This document shows, piece by piece, positions 1 through 7,909 of a stretch of 64,000 nt of DNA; positions within the stretch are counted from its first letter, which is position 1; the number at the start of each line of letters is the position of its first letter. A model generated the notes under the pieces. It was not told the DNA's origin, did no database searches, and worked only from the letters and a program-made list of their open reading frames with translations. The DNA is taken from contig CAVUPM010000002.1 of assembly GCA_963743355.1 (NCBI GenBank), positions 2,631,766 to 2,695,765 of the forward strand. Reading direction: 5' to 3'. The position numbers and the translations under genes are program-made. The DNA is from an uncultured Candidatus Rokubacteria bacterium. Lineage in GTDB: Bacteria > Methylomirabilota > Methylomirabilia > Rokubacteriales > CSP1-6.

Positions 1-1788
1 GCCTTCTTCCTCATCGTCATCGGCGTGGTCGGCGCCGCCGTGGCCGTGTACGGATTCGGCTACTCGGCGTCGTACGACGGCCGCTATTCCCTCCGGATGC
101 TCGGCGCCATGCTGAACGTCCTGCTGCTGTCCCTGAGTGTGCAGGTGATGGCCGACAACGCCCTGACCTTCCTCATCGCCTGGGAGGCCATGTCGCTGTC
201 GGCCTACTTCATGGTCCTCACCGAGCACGATCAGCCGGGGACGGTCCGCGCCGCGCGCTGGTACATCGGCATCACGCATGCCGGCTTCGCCGCCCTGGTG
301 GCGATGTTCCTCCTCATGTCCACGGGCGATCTGACGACCTCCTACGCGTCCATGCGCTCGGCCGCGCTCTCGCCCGGCGCGCGCGACGCCGCGTTCGTGC
401 TGGGCCTCTTCGGCTTCAGCGCCAAGGCCGGCGTCGTCCCGCTGCACGTATGGCTGCCGATGGCGCACCCGGTCGCGCCGAGCTACGTGTCGGCGCTGAT
501 GTCCGGCGTCGTCATCAAGATGGGCGTCTACGGCCTCCTGCGCGTCACGATCGACCTGCTCGGGGAGGGGCCGGCGTGGTGGGGCGGCCTGGTCCTCGGT
601 CTCGGCACCGTCTCGGCGCTCCTCGGGGTGCTCTATGCCCTGATGGAGCACGATCTCAAGCGACTGCTCGCATTTCACTCCGTCGAGAACATCGGCATCA
701 TCTTCATCGGGATCGGGGCCGGCCTGATCTTCCAGAATTTCGGGCTGTCGGCGCTGGCCGCCCTCGGGATCATCGCCGGGCTCTATCACACGATCAACCA
801 CGCCTGCTTCAAGGGCCTGCTGTTCCTGGGCGCGGGCTCGGTGTTGCACGCGGTCGGCACCCGCAACATGGAGGCGATGGGCGGTCTGATCAAGCGGATG
901 CCGCGCACCGCCCTCTTTTTCCTCGTCGGGGCGTGCGCGATCTCGGCCCTGCCGCCGCTCAACGGGTTCGTCTCCGAATGGCTGGTGTTTCAGGCCCTGC
1001 TCGGCGGCTCGGCGATCCCCCAGCCCGAAATCGCCGTGATCATGCCGATCGCCGTGGCCATGCTCGCGCTCACGAGCGGGCTGGCGGCGGCCTGCTTCGT
1101 CAAGGCGTTCGGGATCACGTTCCTGGCCATCCCGCGCTCGCCGGAGGCCGCGCGCGCGCACGAGGCCCCGCGGTCCATGCAGATCGGCATGGCGTCGCTG
1201 GCGCTGGCCTGCGTGGGGCTCGGGCTGGCGCCCTCGTTCGTCGTGCGGGCGCTCGGCGGGGTGCTGTCCAGCCTCGACCGCTTCGCAACGGCCGAGGTGA
1301 CGTTCACCCTGGGGTTGCCGCTCCGGGTCCCCGGCGCCGTCGGCGAGATGTCCTCGCCCCTGCTGGCGCTCGGGCTGCTGCTGCTGCTGGGTCTCGTCCC
1401 GCTGGGATTGTGGTTGGGCGGCGCCGACCGCCGGCTCCGCATCGGCGACACGTGGGGCTGCGGCCGCATCGGCCAGACCGCGCGTATGGAGTACACCGCC
1501 ACCGCCTTCGCGGAGCCGTTGCGGCGCATCTTCGCCGAGCTGTACCGGCCGACGCGGGACCTGTCCATCGACTTCCACCCGGCGTCGAAGTACTTCGTGC
1601 AGTCGATCGAGTACCGGAGCGAGATCCACCCGTGGTTCGAGCGGGTCCTCTACGATCCGCTGCTGCGCGCGCTCCGCATCGTGGCGACGTGGACCCGCCG
1701 GCTCCAGGGAGGGTCGCTGCACCTCTACCTCGCGTACATGACGTTCGCGCTGCTCGTCCTCCTCATGGTGGCGAGGTGGTGGCGGTGA
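1..1788 (+). CDS. HyfB/NuoL-family antiporter-like membrane subunit of a group-4 hydrogenase-like (Hyf/Ehr-type) complex; 5' end lies upstream of the window
   Basis: Uninterrupted frame from base 1 with no start codon. Polytopic hydrophobic protein with the NuoL/M/N-type core (WLPxAHxxAPSYVSALMSGVxIKxGVYGLLR). The stop overlaps the next gene start. Confidence 0.8.
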   Translation, partial: AFFLIVIGVVGAAVAVYGFGYSASYDGRYSLRMLGAMLNVLLLSLSVQVMADNALTFLIAWEAMSLSAYFMVLTEHDQPGTVRAARWYIGITHAGFAALVAMFLLMSTGDLTTSYASMRSAALSPGARDAAFVLGLFGFSAKAGVVPLHVWLPMAHPVAPSYVSALMSGVVIKMGVYGLLRVTIDLLGEGPAWWGGLVLGLGTVSALLGVLYALMEHDLKRLLAFHSVENIGIIFIGIGAGLIFQNFGLSALAALGIIAGLYHTINHACFKGLLFLGAGSVLHAVGTRNMEAMGGLIKRMPRTALFFLVGACAISALPPLNGFVSEWLVFQALLGGSAIPQPEIAVIMPIAVAMLALTSGLAAACFVKAFGITFLAIPRSPEAARAHEAPRSMQIGMASLALACVGLGLAPSFVVRALGGVLSSLDRFATAEVTFTLGLPLRVPGAVGEMSSPLLALGLLLLLGLVPLGLWLGGADRRLRIGDTWGCGRIGQTARMEYTATAFAEPLRRIFAELYRPTRDLSIDFHPASKYFVQSIEYRSEIHPWFERVLYDPLLRALRIVATWTRRLQGGSLHLYLAYMTFALLVLLMVARWWR

Positions 1789-2726
1789 TCGGCTACGTGC
1801 TGGAGGTGGCGCAGGCGGCCCTGGCGCTGCTGCTCGCTCCGGGCGTGGTCGGGCTCGTGCGCTGGATGAAGGCGCGGCTGCAGAACCGGCGCGGGGCGCC
1901 CGTGTGGCAGCCGTACTGGGAGCTGCTCAAGCTGTTCCAGAAGGAGGTCGTCGTTTCGAGCAACGCCTCCTGGCTGTTCCGGGCGGCGCCGTTCGTCGTC
2001 TTCACCAGCGCGGTGGCCGTGACGTTCCTCGTCCCCATCCTCGCGGTGCCGCTCCCGTTCGACGGGATCGGCGACCTGCTCGTCGTCGTCTACCTCCTCC
2101 TGCTCGGCACCTTCTTCCTCTCGCTCGCCGGTCTCGACCCGGGCTCGCCCTTCGGCGGGATGGGCGCCAGCCGCGAGATGACCGTCGCCGCCCTCGCCGA
2201 GCCCACGGTCGCCCTCGCCATCTTCGCCCTCGCCCTCGGGGCCGGGTCCACCAACCTCGGTCAGATCGTGGCGCGCACCCTGACCGATCCGGTGACGGCC
2301 CTGAGCCCCGGCCATCTGCTCGCGTTCGGCGCGCTGTTCATCGTGACGCTCGCGGAGACGGGCCGGCTGCCGATCGACAATCCGGCGACGCATCTCGAGC
2401 TGACCATGATCCACGAGGCGATGGTGCTGGAGTACTCGGGCCGGTACCTCGCGCTCATCGAGTGGGCGGCGGCGGTCAAGCTGCTGATCTTCTTCTCGCT
2501 GCTCGGGAACCTGTTCGTGCCGCTGGGGATCTCCATGGCCCTGACGCCGGCCTCGCTCGCGATCGCCGTGGTCAGCTTGCTGGTCAAGTTCGTGGTGCTG
2601 GCGGGCGCGGTGGCGATCTTGGAGATCCGGATCGCGAAGCTGCGGCTGTTCCGGGTGCCCGAGCTGCTGAGCGTCTCGTTCGTCCTGGCGCTGCTCGCCG
2701 TCACCTCGTCCTTTCTCCTGAGGTAA
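1785..2726 (+). CDS. HyfC/HycD/NuoH-like membrane subunit
   Basis: A GTG start at 1785 overlaps the upstream stop. About 313 aa polytopic membrane protein with NuoH/HycD-like motifs (LPFDGIGDLLVVVYLL, ETGRLPIDNPATHLELTMIHEAMVLEYSGRYLAL). Confidence 0.8.
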   Translation: MIGYVLEVAQAALALLLAPGVVGLVRWMKARLQNRRGAPVWQPYWELLKLFQKEVVVSSNASWLFRAAPFVVFTSAVAVTFLVPILAVPLPFDGIGDLLVVVYLLLLGTFFLSLAGLDPGSPFGGMGASREMTVAALAEPTVALAIFALALGAGSTNLGQIVARTLTDPVTALSPGHLLAFGALFIVTLAETGRLPIDNPATHLELTMIHEAMVLEYSGRYLALIEWAAAVKLLIFFSLLGNLFVPLGISMALTPASLAIAVVSLLVKFVVLAGAVAILEIRIAKLRLFRVPELLSVSFVLALLAVTSSFLLR

Positions 2727-2729
2727 CCA

Positions 2730-3386
2730 ATGGACAGCGTCTTCTCCCAGCTGTGCGTGCTCGGCTCGAGCCTGGTGCTGATCTTCGGCCTCATCCTGCT
2801 GTGGCGGCGGGGCGTGACCGCGTACGTGACCGCCTTCGCCTGGCAGTCCATCGTGCTCTCGGTGGTGACGGCGATCGTGGCGTACTTCGGCGACGACCAC
2901 GAGCTCTACTGGGTAGCGGCCAGCCTCTTCCTGCTGAAGGTGGTCGTGATTCCGCGGCTCCTGAGGCGGATGCAGCGCCGGTTCGCGGCCGAGCGCGAGC
3001 TGGAGCCCTACGTCAACACGGCGACGTCCCTGGTGATCGCCGGCCTGCTCGTGCTCTTCGGCTACGCCATCACGCGGCCGCTCGTCGCGCTGAGTCAGCT
3101 GCCGACACGGGCCGGCATGCCGCTGGCGATGGGACTCGTGCTGGTGAGCCTGTTCGTCGTGATCAGCCGCAAGAAGGCGCTGACCCAGGTCGTCGGCTTT
3201 CTGATGCTGGAGAACGGCATCGCCCTGCTGGCGGTGCTGGGGACGTACGGGATCCCGCTGATCGTCGAGCTGGGCGTGTTCCTGGACGTCCTCATGGGGT
3301 TCCTGGTCATGCAGATCTTCATCTACCAGATCCACGAGACGTTCGAGAGCATCGACGTGGAACAGCTCAACCGCCTGAGGCACTGA
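2730..3386 (+). CDS. HyfE-like small hydrophobic subunit (NuoK-related) of a hydrogenase-4-type complex
   Basis: 218 aa with about 6 TM segments, sitting between the HyfC-like and HyfF-like genes as in hyf operons. Confidence 0.7.
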   Translation: MDSVFSQLCVLGSSLVLIFGLILLWRRGVTAYVTAFAWQSIVLSVVTAIVAYFGDDHELYWVAASLFLLKVVVIPRLLRRMQRRFAAERELEPYVNTATSLVIAGLLVLFGYAITRPLVALSQLPTRAGMPLAMGLVLVSLFVVISRKKALTQVVGFLMLENGIALLAVLGTYGIPLIVELGVFLDVLMGFLVMQIFIYQIHETFESIDVEQLNRLRH

Positions 3387-3393
3387 GACCAGC

Positions 3394-4851
3394 GTGAGCA
3401 CGTTCGCGATCCTCCTCGGCGCGCCGCTGCTGGCGGCGCTGCTGGCGGTGGCGGTGAAGCCCTATCGGCACCTCGTCGGATGGGCGAACGGCTTGCTGTC
3501 GCTGCTGTCGGTCGGCGCGGCGGTGGCGCTGTGGCGCTCCATCCTGGCCGGCGACGTGCTGACGTCGGGGCCCCGCGAGTTCCTGCGGGCCGACGCGCTC
3601 TCCACCCTGCTCGCGTTCTGCGTGAGCGTGGTGGGGGCGCTGGCGGCCTGGCTCGGGCCGGGCATGGGGGGCGATGACGGCTACGACGGCGCGCAGGCCC
3701 GGCGCTTCCGCATCTTCGGCAACCTGTTCACGTTCACGATGCTGTTCGCCGTGACCACGAACAACGTGGGGTTCATGTGGATCGCCATCGAGGCGACCAC
3801 GATCACGTCGGCGATGCTCATCCCGCTCCACGTGACGAAGGCGTCGGTCGAGGCCTCGTGGAAATATATCCTGATCGGATCGATCGGCATCGCGCTGGCG
3901 TTCGCGGGGACGGTGCTGGGCTACTTCGACTTCGTCAACCTCGCCGGCCGCCGGGAGGACGCGTTGAACTGGACGGTCCTGATGGCCGCGGCGCCGCACC
4001 TGCACGCGCCCGTGATCCAGCTCGCGTTCGTCTTCATCCTCATCGGGTACGGCACGAAGGCCGGCCTGGCGCCCATGCACACGTGGCTGCCCGATGCCCA
4101 CTCGGAGGCGCCGGCGCCGCTGTCCGCCATGATGTCGGGCGTGCTGCTCGCGGTCGCGCTCTACGCCGTGATGCGATGGGAGGCCGTCGTGAACGCGGCG
4201 GTGGGGACGCGGTTCACCGACGGCCTGTTCATCGTGCTCGGGATCCTCTCCATCGTCATCGCGGCCTTCAGCCTGGTGGTCCAGCGGAACTACAAGCGCA
4301 TGCTGGCCTACTCGAGCATCGAGCACACCGGGCTGATGTGCGTGGGGCTGGCACTGGGCCCCCTGGGCACCTTCGCGGCGATGCTGCACCTGCTCAACCA
4401 CACGCTGGCGAAGTCGACGATGTTCTTCCTCGCCGGCCGCATCCTTCACCGGTACCGGACCACGGAGATCGACGGGGTGTCCGGCCTCCTCCGGACCATG
4501 CCGTGGACGGGCGGCCTGTTCGCGGCGGCGGTGCTGGCCGTCGTCGGGCTGCCGCCCTTCGGCCTCTTCATCTCCGAGTTTGCGCTCTTCCGCGCCGGGT
4601 TCGCGGCCGGCCGCCCCTGGCTGATGGGGCTCGTCCTGGCGCTGCTCACGCTGGCGTTCGTCTCGATGATCGGGCACCTGAACCGGATGCTCTACGGCGC
4701 GCCGGCGGCGGGCACGGTCGTGGGCGAGGGGAACGCCTGGCCGCTGGTCCCACTCGGCGTGTGCATGGCGGCGCTGGTGGTCCTCGGGCTCACGCTGCCG
4801 GCGCCGCTGCAGACGCTGCTGGAGCACATCGTGGAGATCGTCGGGCGATGA
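3394..4851 (+). CDS. HyfF-like NuoN/NuoM-family antiporter-like subunit
   Basis: 485 aa with the conserved core (MHTWLPDAHSEAPAPLSAMMSGVLL, LAYSSIEHTGLM). Its stop overlaps the next start in an ATGA arrangement. Confidence 0.8.
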   Translation: MSTFAILLGAPLLAALLAVAVKPYRHLVGWANGLLSLLSVGAAVALWRSILAGDVLTSGPREFLRADALSTLLAFCVSVVGALAAWLGPGMGGDDGYDGAQARRFRIFGNLFTFTMLFAVTTNNVGFMWIAIEATTITSAMLIPLHVTKASVEASWKYILIGSIGIALAFAGTVLGYFDFVNLAGRREDALNWTVLMAAAPHLHAPVIQLAFVFILIGYGTKAGLAPMHTWLPDAHSEAPAPLSAMMSGVLLAVALYAVMRWEAVVNAAVGTRFTDGLFIVLGILSIVIAAFSLVVQRNYKRMLAYSSIEHTGLMCVGLALGPLGTFAAMLHLLNHTLAKSTMFFLAGRILHRYRTTEIDGVSGLLRTMPWTGGLFAAAVLAVVGLPPFGLFISEFALFRAGFAAGRPWLMGLVLALLTLAFVSMIGHLNRMLYGAPAAGTVVGEGNAWPLVPLGVCMAALVVLGLTLPAPLQTLLEHIVEIVGR

Positions 4852-6425
4852 CGCGCATCCCGGAGCTCACGAGGGCGGTCGGCGAGCAGCTCGCGCACGG
4901 CGTGACCGACGTGCGCACGGTGCGCGACAACGAGCTCCACTGCTCGGTCGACCCGGCCGCCGTCCCGGCGCTGGCGAGCCTTCTTCGGGCGGGGTTCGGC
5001 GGGGAGCTGGTCTTCATGGCCGCCGCCGACCGCCGCGCGGACCGGGCCGCGTTCGAGGTCCACTATCTCTTCACGCATCAGCGGGAAGACTGGTTCGTCC
5101 ACGCGTCGGCCACCGCGCCGGCCGACGCGCCCGTGATCCACTCGCTGGCCACGTTTCACTACCCGGCCTCGCGCTTCGAGCGGGAGATCTACGACCTCTT
5201 TGGAATCATCGCCGATGGTCATCCCGACCCCCGGCCCCTCGTCCGCCACGGATTCTGGCCGCCCGACTACTTCCCGCTGCGCAAAGACGCCGTCCCGCGC
5301 GAGTTCACCGACGACGGGCGCGCGTTTCCCTTCACCGAGGTGGGCGGGGAGGGCGTCTACGAGATCCCCGTCGGGCCGGTGCACGCCGGGATCATCGAGC
5401 CCGGGCACTTCCGGTTCAGTGTGGTGGGCGAGACGATCATCGACATGAAGTCGCGGCTGTACTTCACCCACAAGGGGACCGAGAAGCTCTTCGAGGGGCG
5501 CGAGCCCGCCGCCGGCGTCGAGCTGGCCGAGCGGATCTCCGGGGACACCACCGTGGGCCATGCGCTCGCCTTCTGCCAGGCGCTGGAGGCGGCCGCCGGA
5601 GTCCCGGCGCCGGAGCGGGCGGCCTACCTGCGGGTCGTCCTCCTCGAGATGGAACGCCTTTACAACCACGTGGGGGACTTCGGGGCGATCGCGAACGACA
5701 CCGGCTACGCGGTGGCGCACTCGCATTGCTTGCGGATCCGCGAGCGGCTGCTGCGCCTGAACAAGCGGCTCACCGGCAACCGGCTGCTCCGCGGCGGCAT
5801 CGTCCCGGGCGGCGTCGGGGTGGACCTCCCGGCGGGGCTGGACCTGCCGGCCGAAGTGGACGCCGCCCTGCGCGACTTCGAGGAGATCGCCGGGCTGGCC
5901 CTCGAGAACACGCTCGTCCTGGACCGGCTCGAGGGAACCGGGCGACTGACCACGGCGACCGCGCGCGACCACGGCGTCCTGGGCTACGTCGCGCGCGCCT
6001 CCGGCATCGATATCGATGTCCGCCGGGACCACCCGTTCGCGGCCTACGCTCACCTGTCCTTTCGGGTCCCGGTCTTCGAGTGGGGGGACGTCAAGGCGCG
6101 GACGCTGGTGCGCGTGGACGAGATGCGTGAGTCGGTCAAGCTCATCCGGCAGGCCGTGGACCGGCTGCCGGCGGGGCCGCTGACGGTCCCGCTGCCCGCA
6201 CTCCCCGCCTTCGCCCCGGCCTTCGCGCTGGTGGAGGGGTGGCGGGGCGCCATCATCCACTGGGTGATGGGCGGGCCCGACGGCCGGCTCTACCGCGTGA
6301 AGGTGATGGACCCGTCCTTCCTGAACTGGCGGCCGCTCTCGTACGCGCTGCTCAAGAACATCGTTCCCGACTTCCCGCTCTGCAACAAGTCGTTCAACCA
6401 GTCCTACTCCGGGAATGACCTATAG
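4848..6425 (+). CDS. HyfG/HycE-like large subunit: a NuoC-like N-terminal domain fused to a NuoD/[NiFe]-large-subunit-like domain; the Ni-Fe-ligating cysteine motifs are not conserved
   Basis: The N-terminus is NuoC-like (…FEREIYDLFGI…), followed by a NuoD/HycE-like body (ERISGDTTVGHALAFCQALE, LEMERLYNHVGDFG). Where HycE carries RxCGxCxxxH there is SGDTTVGH, and the C-terminal DPCxxC position reads DFPLCNKSF, so only 1 of the 4 expected Cys is present. Confidence 0.8.
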   Translation: MTRIPELTRAVGEQLAHGVTDVRTVRDNELHCSVDPAAVPALASLLRAGFGGELVFMAAADRRADRAAFEVHYLFTHQREDWFVHASATAPADAPVIHSLATFHYPASRFEREIYDLFGIIADGHPDPRPLVRHGFWPPDYFPLRKDAVPREFTDDGRAFPFTEVGGEGVYEIPVGPVHAGIIEPGHFRFSVVGETIIDMKSRLYFTHKGTEKLFEGREPAAGVELAERISGDTTVGHALAFCQALEAAAGVPAPERAAYLRVVLLEMERLYNHVGDFGAIANDTGYAVAHSHCLRIRERLLRLNKRLTGNRLLRGGIVPGGVGVDLPAGLDLPAEVDAALRDFEEIAGLALENTLVLDRLEGTGRLTTATARDHGVLGYVARASGIDIDVRRDHPFAAYAHLSFRVPVFEWGDVKARTLVRVDEMRESVKLIRQAVDRLPAGPLTVPLPALPAFAPAFALVEGWRGAIIHWVMGGPDGRLYRVKVMDPSFLNWRPLSYALLKNIVPDFPLCNKSFNQSYSGNDL

Positions 6426-6545
6426 ATTGAGATGGGGGGCCTCGAACGGGCCCCCCAAGCCCCCCGGGGCCCCCGGGGCGGCTCGGGACGCCCCGGCGAA
6501 GCCGTGGCGCCCCTCGATACTCCGCCAGATCACCAGACTGGCCGG
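6426..6545 (+). repeat. Intergenic palindrome-containing repeat, copy A (family also at 10868, 13588, 22838, 24205, 47431)
   Basis: The sequence TAGATTGAGATGGGGGGCCTCGAACGGGCCCCCC is followed by a module …GGCGGCTCGGGACGCCCCGGCGAAGCCGTGGCGCCCCTCGATACTCCGCCAGAT… that recurs with about 80-90% identity in the other copies. The hyfG-like TAG stop is the first 3 nt of the element. Confidence 0.7.
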
Positions 6546-6636
6546 AACGGCTGTCGATTTTCGCAGGCGATCGTCGTCGTAGGGAGTGAGTGGTCGCCGG
6601 GCGGCACCGGCCGTGGTGGCCCTCAGAGGAGGCTTC

Positions 6637-6984
6637 ATGCGCTACATGCTGCTCATCTGCGGCGACGAGAAGGTCGAGGCGGCCGTGCCACCGGCCGAGA
6701 TGACGGCCATCGTGCAAGGCCACATGCGCTTCGCGGACGAGCTGCGCGCGTCCGGCAAGATGGTCGTGGGCGAGCGCCTGCGGCCGGACGCCGACGCCAG
6801 CCGTATCCGTCTGAAGGCCGGACAGCGCCAGGTCACCGACGGCCCCTTCGCCGAGACGAAGGAAGCCCTGGGTGGCTTCTACCTGATCGAGTGCGCCAGC
6901 AAGCAGGAAGCCCTCGAGTGGGCGAAGAAGATCCCGCTCCGCCCCGACAGCTTCGTCGACGTACGACCGGTCTGGCAGATGTGA
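6637..6984 (+). CDS. YciI-like (YCII-related / DGPF domain) protein
   Basis: 115 aa, beginning MRYMLLICGDE and containing …GPFAETKEALGGFYLIECASKQEALEWAKKIPL. A strong GAGGAGG RBS lies 6 nt upstream of the ATG. Confidence 0.75.
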   Translation: MRYMLLICGDEKVEAAVPPAEMTAIVQGHMRFADELRASGKMVVGERLRPDADASRIRLKAGQRQVTDGPFAETKEALGGFYLIECASKQEALEWAKKIPLRPDSFVDVRPVWQM

Positions 6985-6986
6985 GT

Positions 6987-7909
6987 CTAGGCCGTCGCCG
7001 CCGCGGCGTTCGCGTGGGCCTCGCGCTCGACGCGCCGGTTGATCTGCGCCGAGACGTCGAAGGTGCCCTCGAGTAGCCCCCAGCCGGCCATCCATTCCCA
7101 CGCCCAGCGCGCCTCGTGCTCCGGGATCGGGCCCGGCTCCTTCAGCTGGATACGACCCAGGTTGAAGTCGTCGGGTGTGAGCCCGGCCAGCGCGGGGTGA
7201 CCGGGGAAATCGCGCAGGTAGTAGGAGACGTACCGTCGCTTGTCCGCATTGATGCGCCGGACGGCGCGCGTGACCGCGCGCAGGAACGCCGCATAGGCCT
7301 CGGCGCTCACGCTCCGATCGGCGACCCACGTCCCGTGAAAGAACGTGGTCGAGACCAGACGGCATCCGATCTTCTCGGCCGCCGTGATCCATGGCTCTTG
7401 CAATACCGTGGCCTCGAACTCGCCCTCGCAGGAGCCCGTCGAGTCGCTCGCCGCCGTGGCTGCCGGCCGCGCGGGTGGTGATGGCCTCGCGCGGCATGGC
7501 GCCCTCGAGCATCAGCAGGCCGGCGTAGGCGGTGCCGTTGCCGTAGTCGAGGGCCACGGGCTTGCCGGCCAGCTCCTGCGGCGTATGGACGCTCGAGGTC
7601 GGCGCCACCACCAGCGCTCCACACACGATCATCGAGCGACGTCCGATCTGCAGCGCGCCCACGGCACTGTCCGCCACCCGGCGGTTATTGCCGCACTCTC
7701 ACCCCTGGAACATGACGGCGTCCCCACGGTCGAGGAGCCGCCCCTGATTCGTGACCGGCTCGAGGAGCGTCCCGTCGGCGGCCGAACGGAGGTCGGCTGG
7801 GCGCCGGCGTCGCGATCCGGAGATCCAGGCCCTCGGCCTCGAAGAGGCCCTCGTCCCGGGCGACGAGCACGTCGAGGCCGTTGAACGCGAGCACCCGCTC
7901 GATCGTCAT
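6987..7909 (-). pseudogene. NMT1/SsuA-like ABC substrate-binding protein gene, disrupted by at least 2 frameshifts and an in-frame stop
   Basis: Three frames have to be joined to reconstruct the protein: MTIERVLAFNGLDVLVARDEGLFEAEGLDLRIATPAP | DLRSAADGTLLEPVTNQGRLLDRGDAVMFQG* | …GALQIGRRSMIVCGALVVAPTSSVHTPQELAGKPVALDYGNGTAYAG… | …EATVLQEPWITAAEKIGCRLVSTTFFHGTWVADRSV…. Confidence 0.6.

Noticed and set aside
450-2726. A 758-aa ORF spanning hyfB and hyfC
   Set aside because: Its first 1.3 kb is an out-of-frame overlap of hyfB with low-complexity translation. The real HyfC-like gene starts at the GTG at 1785.
3777-4847. A 5' extension of the hyfG-like ORF back to 3777
   Set aside because: It overlaps the hyfF-like gene in another frame. 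The conserved NuoC-like N-terminus begins at the ATG at 4848, which overlaps the hyfF stop.
1725-6260. Long antisense ORFs opposite the hyf-like genes (1725-3401, 3367-4827, 4692-6260, all minus strand) with Arg/Pro/Gly-rich low-complexity translations
   Set aside because: Typical shadow ORFs of about 70% GC DNA lacking stop codons. The sense-strand genes have clear conserved motifs.
6394-7677. A 427-aa minus-strand ORF
   Set aside because: It is a chimera of out-of-frame segments of the decayed SsuA-like gene and GC-rich read-through, not a real protein.
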